Shown here piece after piece: positions 57,385 through 64,000 of a DNA stretch of 64,000 bases (the stretch's first letter is position 1; every line of letters starts with the position of its first letter). The position numbers and the translations under genes are program-made. The notes under the pieces are model-generated. The model was not told the DNA's origin and made no database searches. It saw nothing but the letters and a program-made list of their open reading frames with translations. Origin of the DNA: Patescibacteria group bacterium (GTDB taxonomy: Bacteria > Patescibacteriota > Saccharimonadia > Saccharimonadales > 2-12-FULL-41-12); the NCBI GenBank assembly GCA_038064875.1, contig JBBTSC010000001.1, positions 55,369 to 119,368 on the forward strand. Direction: 5' to 3'.

Positions 57385-57392
57385 AATTTATT

Positions 57393-57800
57393 ATGAATAT
57401 TTATTTTGCTGGTTCTATTCGTGGTGGTCGACAAGATATCGAACTTTACCAGGAGATAATTGATCTGCTGGTAAAGCATGGCAAAGTTCTGACAGAACAT
57501 GTTGGTGATAGTGATCTCAATATTACAGAATCTGGCTGGAGCCAAGAAAAGATATATAACTATGATATGGACATGCTCCGCAGGTCTGAAGTTATGGTCG
57601 CGGAAGTATCGACTCCTAGCCTCGGAGTTGGCTATGAGATTGCTAGATTTGAGGGCAAACCAATCCTCTGCCTCGTTAAAGAAAGTGTTGGTAATAATCT
57701 GTCATCCATGATTGCCGGTAATCCCAACTTAACAATTTTTAAGTACAAAAATATTGAGGATATCCAAAAAATAATAGAAGATTACTTCACGAATTTATAA
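57393..57800 (+). CDS. 2'-deoxynucleoside 5'-phosphate N-hydrolase (DNPH1/Rcl-like; nucleoside 2-deoxyribosyltransferase fold)
   Basis: MNIYFAGSIRGGRQDIELYQEII...VMVAEVSTPSLGVGYEIA...KPILCL aligns closely with DNPH1 (YFCGSIRGGREDRTLYERIV...VVVAEVTQPSLGVGYELG). The ORF track start at 57306 lies inside the tRNA. Confidence 0.8.
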   Translation: MNIYFAGSIRGGRQDIELYQEIIDLLVKHGKVLTEHVGDSDLNITESGWSQEKIYNYDMDMLRRSEVMVAEVSTPSLGVGYEIARFEGKPILCLVKESVGNNLSSMIAGNPNLTIFKYKNIEDIQKIIEDYFTNL

Positions 57801-58563
57801 AAGTAGATGTGATTGTTCTGAGTGGGTTTTTGTTATTCCAAGATAACCACTTCGTGATTTCAACAATAACTTCAGTAATTTCTCTCGGAGTTTTTGAGTA
57901 AATAACTTCTCCGCTTTTGGCACACCAAATAGTATTATCATCAGATATAACCAAGGTTGCTGAATACTTTTTTGTGATCATTTCTAAGTATTCTATTTTC
58001 TGAGCAAATCCAAGGTTTGAGGTAAAAGCCTTCTCAAATTTGATGCTCTTTCCTAGCTTGGTTAATGCGCTGGTATCTATGCATAGGGTAATATTGTTTT
58101 TTGACAGTAGTTTCTCTAGATAGTTCTCCGCAAAGCAGTCGAGCGCAGATTTAGTTATTACTATCTGAGTCTTAGAGCTATCAGCTACATTTTCAATAAA
58201 CTGCTGTGTCTCATTACTACGGCCAGTTTCTCCTGACATCAGGCAGGTATTAGCTCCATTGATAATCCTTATGATCTGGTCTGAGGATTCTTTGATGAAG
58301 TAGCCACCTGTTTTGTGGCTTTCTGCGAATATAATGTTGTTGTCTTTAGTCCCAACAAGCCTGCTTAGGTAATCTGGCAGAATTAAACTAAGCTTGATGC
58401 CAGTTATATTTTTTAACTCCTGGTAGTATCTGGAAGTGTCGGCAAAGTGATCTTTACTTCCACCTAAGATAACCACTTTGCTCGCCTGTCGATTATTTTC
58501 AGGACGAGACCAGATGATATCCTCAAATTCTTTCGGATCTACTTTGTCTATATTAGTAACCAC
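57787..58563 (-). CDS. Hypothetical protein (weak ribokinase/YjeF_C-like hints)
   Basis: KVVILGGSKDH segment only. Lacks the GxGDxL motif. Confidence 0.3.
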   Translation of the reverse strand: MVTNIDKVDPKEFEDIIWSRPENNRQASKVVILGGSKDHFADTSRYYQELKNITGIKLSLILPDYLSRLVGTKDNNIIFAESHKTGGYFIKESSDQIIRIINGANTCLMSGETGRSNETQQFIENVADSSKTQIVITKSALDCFAENYLEKLLSKNNITLCIDTSALTKLGKSIKFEKAFTSNLGFAQKIEYLEMITKKYSATLVISDDNTIWCAKSGEVIYSKTPREITEVIVEITKWLSWNNKNPLRTITSTFINS

Positions 58564-58582
58564 CTCTTGATTATATCGTAGA

Positions 58583-59548
58583 CTAGTTGTTTTTTATGAA
58601 GAAGCTAGCTTTTTGCTCACCAAAGCGTTGCCACATAGTAACAAGCTGAGGATTTACTTCTAACGCGTGTAGGGCTCTTGATTTGGCACGTGCTACTGCA
58701 AGTGTGGCATTTGCAACACGAGAGCTTACTCCGCCTGGGGCAAATGCTCCATTATTGGTAAGTTCTCGATAGTTCTCAGGAGTTATAACTATGCGTCCGC
58801 CGATAGAAAGTTCTACACCTCCTTCTTCAGGTTCGCGCAGACTATGTAGTATATTTGCAAGATCCAGAAAAGGAGTGCCATCACCTTCCGTCAGCCACTT
58901 TAGAGTTTCTGAAGATTGAGCAAAGACATTTTCTGCCATTAACTCTACTTTCTCTGCATCTTTTGGCCTAAGTCCAGAAATTGACCGTGTGTAATAGTTG
59001 GCAATTGACATCCCTGGATGTGGTACGGGAAAGTTTGCCTCCCCTACGCTTAAATTCCAAGTCTGCATGGCGGATGGATTAAAAGCTACTTGAAATGGGA
59101 ACAATGCTTTGTAGGCCTCTGAACCTTCACTGGTGCCCGTAACGTATCTATCTGACAGAAAAGTTTTCATAGCTGATAGACCAAATGGGTTTTTCATCTG
59201 AGCTTCAAGTTGGCTAACTTCTTTCAACCCAAATACGGAGATCTCAAGTTCATCACCAATTACCTGCTCTGCAAATTCTTCAACCTCCGCTACCTCGCGT
59301 CTGTCAGCAGACATTACGAGTACATCTAAATCTCTTTTGTTGCCATCGTCTCGAAATTGTGGCAAGTGAAGGTCTGTGGGTGCGGTAATTGCCCTACCTT
59401 CAAAGTCTATTTGAAGTCCCGGATGAGCTAAGGCTGCGGAACCTACCCCACCGATTAATTGGATCTCAATTTCAGGAAATTCAGCTACTTTTTGAACAAA
59501 AGGTTCAATTATCTCAATACAATTTTTGCTAGCAACACTACTACTCAT
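58583..59548 (-). CDS. Hypothetical protein, possible nucleotidyltransferase-fold N-terminus
   Basis: IGGVGSAALAH...DLDVLV (G-S ... DxD) pattern with atypical spacing. Weak. Confidence 0.3.
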   Translation of the reverse strand: MSSSVASKNCIEIIEPFVQKVAEFPEIEIQLIGGVGSAALAHPGLQIDFEGRAITAPTDLHLPQFRDDGNKRDLDVLVMSADRREVAEVEEFAEQVIGDELEISVFGLKEVSQLEAQMKNPFGLSAMKTFLSDRYVTGTSEGSEAYKALFPFQVAFNPSAMQTWNLSVGEANFPVPHPGMSIANYYTRSISGLRPKDAEKVELMAENVFAQSSETLKWLTEGDGTPFLDLANILHSLREPEEGGVELSIGGRIVITPENYRELTNNGAFAPGGVSSRVANATLAVARAKSRALHALEVNPQLVTMWQRFGEQKASFFIKNN

Positions 59549-59594
59549 AATTTGCTATTATCTGCTTTTATGATCTGATTTGCAAGCATAAGCT

Positions 59595-60059
59595 CTACTG
59601 AGCTTGATGTGAGATATCAAAGAAAAGCTCTGCAACGCCAGTCGCTAGTGCTCTAGATTGAGGCCATAACCCATTTTCTCGCACGGAAGCAGGTAGTTCA
59701 AATTCTGCTTCTACAGCTTTAATACCGCTACTGGTAACAACAACCAGTTCTCCGGAGCGGTCATGGGTGAATGATAGATCTCTGTGCGGTCCATGTAGTC
59801 CTAGCCAAAGCACCTGTCTTGTATTATTAAGCCCTTCTGGAGGTGTTAATACAACTTCTGCGGTGAATTCTCTTGCCCAGCTTGGTTTATACTCCTTCTT
59901 ACCCCTACTGACATCTTCTCCTTTTTCAATAGTAGCCATAACAAGTCTAGAAAGAGTATGAGTTTTGTCCCCCTCCAGGTCACAGGATGGTTTAAATTCG
60001 CCGTTTAAAACCTCGTAAAATCCTAGGCTCATTGGTAATTCGCGAGGCGTATTGCTCAT
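59595..60059 (-). CDS. Hypothetical protein
   Basis: 154-aa ORF in a co-directional cluster. No motif recognised. Confidence 0.3.
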   Translation of the reverse strand: MSNTPRELPMSLGFYEVLNGEFKPSCDLEGDKTHTLSRLVMATIEKGEDVSRGKKEYKPSWAREFTAEVVLTPPEGLNNTRQVLWLGLHGPHRDLSFTHDRSGELVVVTSSGIKAVEAEFELPASVRENGLWPQSRALATGVAELFFDISHQAQ

Positions 60060-60094
60060 AGGTAAATTTTACAATATTAAGTGACACTAGTCAA

Positions 60095-60811
60095 TCATTG
60101 TTGTAGGTATTTACCGCCGTTTGGTTGCAGTTTATAGACTACATTTTTGCGTTCTATTACTATTGGCCAATTGTTGGATTTTGCTATGTCAAACAATGAT
60201 TTGTTGGGGTTAAAGGCAATTGGGTTCTGCACAATCTCAAGCATGACAGCGTCACTTGTACTGTCTCCTACGCCGTAGCTATCTTTTAGTGATAGACCGT
60301 GTTTTTCAATCATTTGGCTCAGGAGTGCTTTCTTGTCCTTGCTGGCAATAAATTTCTTGCCACTAAATCCTTGCCCGGATCTCTCATACTGGCTACCAAC
60401 CCAGTCATCGAACTGATAATACTTTGCCAATCTTTCAACTAATTCGTGGTGTGAGCCGGATATCGCGATAAGAAAATAATCTTTTTCTTTAAGCTCACGT
60501 ACAAGATCTCTGGTATAGGTATAAACTTGATCTTTATATTGCTCGATAACCTTGTCTATCATGCTGTCAAATTCAGTCGATTTGATTTGCGATAAGGCAG
60601 ATTCATAAATCGTTATTAGACTGTGTTCATAGTCAGCAAATGCTTCAGAATGTTCGCGGTTCTTCCATTTCATTCTGGACTGGTGGAGCTTGTTTTCAGC
60701 CTGCGTGCCCAAAAGCCCTGCTCCAGCAAGTTTGTCGACAACTGCGTGGTAGAGTTGCCATCTAATCAACGTCCCATCAATATCAAAGACAGCAAATGGT
60801 TTGTGTGTCAT
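60095..60811 (-). CDS. HAD-superfamily hydrolase (subfamily IB/phosphoserine-phosphatase-like)
   Basis: FAVFDIDGTLI motif I. YGVGDSTSD motif IV. Confidence 0.7.
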   Translation of the reverse strand: MTHKPFAVFDIDGTLIRWQLYHAVVDKLAGAGLLGTQAENKLHQSRMKWKNREHSEAFADYEHSLITIYESALSQIKSTEFDSMIDKVIEQYKDQVYTYTRDLVRELKEKDYFLIAISGSHHELVERLAKYYQFDDWVGSQYERSGQGFSGKKFIASKDKKALLSQMIEKHGLSLKDSYGVGDSTSDAVMLEIVQNPIAFNPNKSLFDIAKSNNWPIVIERKNVVYKLQPNGGKYLQQ

Positions 60812-61605
60812 GCTATCTCTACGCTTACTGGACAGTGGTCAGAGCCCATTACGCTTTGGTGGATTTGAGCAGATTTCAGTCTGCTCGCCAGAGCTTTGCT
60901 CGCCAGCCAGTAGTCTATGCGCCAGCCTACATTTTTGGCTCTGGCATTAGCCCAGTGTGTCCACCAAGAATATTCATCAGTTTTGTCAGGGTAGAAATGG
61001 CGAAAGGTATCAACAAACCCAAGTTTCAGCATGTTATCAAAGCCTTGCCTCTCTTCGTTTGTAAAGCCATGTTTGCCAACATTTTCTTTGGGTCGCGCGA
61101 GGTCAATTTCGCTGTGGGCAACATTGAGATCGCCACAGAATAGTACGGGTTTGCTTTTTTGCAGTTCATTTACATGCTCTAAAAACGCTGGGTCCCATTG
61201 TTTGTGTCGCAACTTTAGTCGAGACAGGTCCCCTTTCGAATTCGGTGTATAAACGGTCACAACCCAGAAATCTTCAAACTCTAGTGACAGCACTCTACCT
61301 TCTGCGTTGACGTCTCCGTACCCGTCGTTCACAAGATCATACTTCTTCGCAATATCATCTGACAGATTATTGATAACACTCAGTGGCTTGATCTTGGTGA
61401 AGATGGCGGTCCCGGAATAACCTTTCTTTGTTGCAGAATTCCAATATTCTTCATACTGGGGCAAGTCAATAACCGCTTGGCCTTGCATGGCTTTTGTCTC
61501 CTGTAAACATAAGATATCAGGATCATGTTTTGCTACAAATTCCTGAAAAGCGCCTTTATTTATAACAGCTCGGATTCCATTAACATTCCACGAATACAGT
61601 TTCAT
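60808..61605 (-). CDS. xth: Exodeoxyribonuclease III (AP endonuclease)
   Basis: KLYSWNVNGIRA...DILCLQETK and the C-terminal SDHCPV motif. Confidence 0.9.
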   Translation of the reverse strand: MKLYSWNVNGIRAVINKGAFQEFVAKHDPDILCLQETKAMQGQAVIDLPQYEEYWNSATKKGYSGTAIFTKIKPLSVINNLSDDIAKKYDLVNDGYGDVNAEGRVLSLEFEDFWVVTVYTPNSKGDLSRLKLRHKQWDPAFLEHVNELQKSKPVLFCGDLNVAHSEIDLARPKENVGKHGFTNEERQGFDNMLKLGFVDTFRHFYPDKTDEYSWWTHWANARAKNVGWRIDYWLASKALASRLKSAQIHQSVMGSDHCPVSVEIA

Positions 61606-61626
61606 TACTGTATATTATAACAAAAA

Positions 61627-62577
61627 TTAGACTCTGGCTTTTTCTCTTTCGGTTCTTCGTTGATTAAACAAATATTTGTCTAAAAATTTATCGTCAATAA
61701 TAATATCTTTGCCCGTATCGTTATCTGGCAATTTGACGGTGCCCGGCACGGTAACTCCGTCTGCTATCCAGTATCCACTACCAATTTGTGCGCCAGACTC
61801 TATGATTGAGCCCATGCCGATTACGCAGTGGTTTCCTACAAAAGTTTGTTTTTTTGGATTCTTCTGGTTTTCTACCCAGTGACCATCCTTTTTAGTTCTT
61901 GAGACACTTTTGCCAACTTCAGAGCCGAATTCCATGGTTACGTCATGGCCTAACGTTGAATGAGGTCTAACTTTTGAACCTTTAGCCATAGAGACACGAT
62001 CACCTATATGCGTCTCATATTCAACCCATTCTTTTACTATTTCTCCCTTTTCGTCTTTTACAGTCTCACCTGCTTCGTTTTTCAACGGCCTTGAGTATCC
62101 CCATTTTTTGAGATCTATAGCGCCAAGCATGCAACCATCTGCTATCACTGCATTGTCTCCGATATGTACTCTTCTACCAACTGGGCTGACTATGGAACAG
62201 TTATCTCCAATAACTGAATTTCTACCAATGGTACATTCGGGTGAAGTATAAAAATTATCACCAACAACCGCGCTGTCTCTTACGAGAATTGCTTGTGCAA
62301 TACCATCAAAGCCAGCTTTTAAGAAGACTCTCTGGCGCTGTTCGTCTTTGTTGTTTTGGGTGCTTGTTGAAACTGGGTCTTCTTCACCTTCGATTTCCTC
62401 TTCGGCAAATGTGGCCATAATTTCGAGCTCGATATCTTCTGGAATTGGTCCTTCACCATCAACTCTGTCTTCAAGAACTTCTGAAAGCTGTACAGCTAAA
62501 ATCTGCAGAAGATCGGTCTTCTCAGGCGTAAAGCTAATAGTAATATTGGGTTTTTTCTCCGCAGTAGGAATATTCAT
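61627..62577 (-). CDS. Left-handed beta-helix (hexapeptide-repeat) acyltransferase-like protein with an acidic N-terminal region
   Basis: Hexapeptide repeats VVGDNFY...IGRNSVIGDNCSI...VHIGDNAVIADGCMLG. Start chosen at Met 62577. The ORF track start at 62652 would overlap the pyrH promoter/start. Confidence 0.55.
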   Translation of the reverse strand: MNIPTAEKKPNITISFTPEKTDLLQILAVQLSEVLEDRVDGEGPIPEDIELEIMATFAEEEIEGEEDPVSTSTQNNKDEQRQRVFLKAGFDGIAQAILVRDSAVVGDNFYTSPECTIGRNSVIGDNCSIVSPVGRRVHIGDNAVIADGCMLGAIDLKKWGYSRPLKNEAGETVKDEKGEIVKEWVEYETHIGDRVSMAKGSKVRPHSTLGHDVTMEFGSEVGKSVSRTKKDGHWVENQKNPKKQTFVGNHCVIGMGSIIESGAQIGSGYWIADGVTVPGTVKLPDNDTGKDIIIDDKFLDKYLFNQRRTEREKARV

Positions 62578-62651
62578 AAGCAATATTATAACATTTATCA
62601 AAGATATTGTAAATATATACGGATCTTTTTGATTATGGTAGAATCCTATCA

Positions 62652-63356
62652 ATGTATAAAAGAGTCCTCATAAAAATATCTGGCGAACAACTTTCAGGTA
62701 AATTCGAATCTGGTATTGACGGCGAGTTTGCTGGCTGGTTAGCTCGTGAGATTAAGGCGATCTCTGAGGGTGGTTCACAGGTTGTGATCATGGTTGGTGG
62801 CGGTAATTTCGTTCGTGGTGCTCAAGTTGTTGGGCATGGCATCAAGCGCGTCACAGGCGACCATATGGGTATGCTCGGCACTATGATAAACGCCCTTGCC
62901 TTAACTGATATTTTTGAAGCTCAAGGCGTAAAGACTCGTTGTCTTAGCAATATTTTTGCTGATCAGGTTGCAGAGAAATTTGTCCACCGTCTGGCTAACA
63001 AGCATCTTGAAAAAGGACGTGTTGTTATAGCAGCCGGCGGAACAGGGCGACCATATTTGACTACAGATACTGCTGCGGTTGTTATCGCGCTAGAGCTTGA
63101 CTGCGAGATAGTTCTAAAAGCAACCAAAGTTGACGGCGTTTATGACAAAGATCCTGCTACCTCGCCTGATGCTAAGAAATTTGAAACTCTGACTATGCAA
63201 CAAGCAGTTGAAAACTCTGCGATAAAAGTAATGGATAAGGCTGCACTTGGTCTTGCTATGGAGCATGAAATGAAAATAATCGTTTTTGATCTAGTGAAAG
63301 AAAACAATATCAAAAACGCAGTTGCCGGCAAGCCTGCTGGAACGTTAATCTCTTAA
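62652..63356 (+). CDS. pyrH: UMP kinase
   Basis: KRVLIKISGEQLSG...VIMVGGGNFVRG. Confidence 0.92.
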   Translation: MYKRVLIKISGEQLSGKFESGIDGEFAGWLAREIKAISEGGSQVVIMVGGGNFVRGAQVVGHGIKRVTGDHMGMLGTMINALALTDIFEAQGVKTRCLSNIFADQVAEKFVHRLANKHLEKGRVVIAAGGTGRPYLTTDTAAVVIALELDCEIVLKATKVDGVYDKDPATSPDAKKFETLTMQQAVENSAIKVMDKAALGLAMEHEMKIIVFDLVKENNIKNAVAGKPAGTLIS

Positions 63357-63400
63357 AAGGTTCGAGAGCTCAGGATAATTTCCTGATCGATACTATATTT

Positions 63401-63820
63401 CTATTTGCCGATTACACCAATAACTATGGCAATTGCTAAGAATTCTACCAAATGATGTCCAAGACCGAGTGCTGTGAGTTTGAAATTTCTTCTCTCAAAT
63501 GAATCATTGGTTATATGAGAAGTTACTACGAAGCCAAGCCACGCCCAGAACGCTGTAGATAGAGACGCGCTCATCCACGAGTTATTGAAGTATTGGTTTG
63601 ACAGGAACGTCATGTGAAAGAGCATGTAGGCTGTAATAAGAGACATCAGGCTCGCTTTGATTATAGAAGGAACCCAATCCTTTGAGAGGTCTTTGTCAGT
63701 TAGCCCTATGAGCTTTTGCCAGGTTTTGCCAAAGACACTTGGTGCATACCATATGCTTCCTACAGCCATACTGGCGACAGCACCTAAAATAACCGCTAAG
63801 TAATTTACCGAAACATCCAT
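63401..63820 (-). CDS. DUF1761-family membrane protein
   Basis: N-terminus MDVSVNYLAVILGAVASMAVGSIWYAPSVFGKTW matches the DUF1761 pattern. Confidence 0.5.
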   Translation of the reverse strand: MDVSVNYLAVILGAVASMAVGSIWYAPSVFGKTWQKLIGLTDKDLSKDWVPSIIKASLMSLITAYMLFHMTFLSNQYFNNSWMSASLSTAFWAWLGFVVTSHITNDSFERRNFKLTALGLGHHLVEFLAIAIVIGVIGK

Positions 63821-63840
63821 ACACTATCTCCTATGAACTA

Positions 63841-64000
63841 AAATATTTATTTCTTTGCTGTTTTTGCGCCGTATCGTTCTTTGATCTGGAACAATAGGTA
63901 AAAGCCGATTGCTGAACCAACGAGGCTCATGATAAAGCTTCCAATTCCTCTTGTTGAGATAAATATCTGAACAACAGCGTAAAGTACATTTATCAAGCTA
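63841..64000 (-). CDS. Partial CDS (C-terminal end of a membrane protein; 5' part outside window)
   Basis: Reverse strand is open from the window edge to stop TAA at 63841..63843 (...GSAIGFYLLFQIKERYGAKTAKK*). Not in the ORF track because it is truncated. Confidence 0.3.

Noticed and set aside
57306-57392. ORF start at 57306 for the DNPH1-like gene
   Set aside because: The first 29 codons lie inside the tRNA-Leu gene. The Met at 57393 yields the conserved MNIYFAGSIRGG N-terminus.
1-64000. CRISPR arrays, rRNA genes, IS transposases, integrases
   Set aside because: No regularly spaced direct repeats, rRNA signatures or transposase/integrase motifs were seen. The only mobile-element-like signal is the 24-bp inverted-repeat element at 35412..35575.

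Overview
The window is AT-rich (about 35-40% GC by eye) and densely packed with small genes. It looks like a reduced genome of a CPR/Patescibacteria (Saccharibacteria-like) bacterium; that is an inference from gene content: a eukaryal/archaeal-type single-chain GlyRS, sortase and PEGA surface proteins, only scattered pyrimidine and salvage genes, and a dcw cluster lacking the mur ligases and ftsAZ.

Features supported by the sequence:
- Partial recO-like gene followed by glyQS.
- A long co-directional operon: cytoplasmic trypsin-like protease, cyclase, 2-hydroxyacid dehydrogenase, PRTase and several DUF membrane proteins.
- Two adjacent CDP-alcohol phosphatidyltransferase-family genes in a GC-shifted block.
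- A roughly 60% GC island (about 930 bp) encoding a secreted proline-rich protein.
- pyrB, a GH1 beta-glucosidase, a nucleotide-salvage group (NT5C-like, AAA_28 ATPase, pyrE, pyrF), and further on pyrH and a DNPH1/Rcl-like hydrolase immediately after tRNA-Leu(CAA).
- A truncated dcw cluster: mraZ (with putative MraZ boxes), rsmH, ftsL, ftsI, mraY, ftsW, murG, ftsQ.
- A dprA-topA pair followed by a protein with sigma-70 region 4 fused to a HARE-HTH domain; also pth, der, aspartokinase and rluB.
- Two histidine-kinase/response-regulator pairs flanking a umuD'-umuC translesion-polymerase cassette.
- gltX, DUF3048, surface proteins (PEGA, sortase), xth, a HAD phosphatase, an LbH protein and DUF1761.

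Observations that stand out:
- A natively truncated, Ser-to-Thr UmuD' next to UmuC, sandwiched between the two-component systems.
- A CheY-like response regulator carrying a roughly 430-aa acidic Pro/Thr/Ser-rich tail.
- A promoter-to-terminator bounded unit of about 315 nt, likely an ncRNA or leader RNA.
- A perfect 24-bp inverted-repeat pair (MITE-like) in the dprA-topA spacer.
- A three-tier nested palindrome downstream of umuC.
- The high-GC secreted-protein island, plausibly HGT from a high-GC (actinobacterial host?) donor.
- An unusual cluster of three CDP-alcohol phosphatidyltransferase-like domains.

No CRISPR array, rRNA or clear IS transposase was seen.
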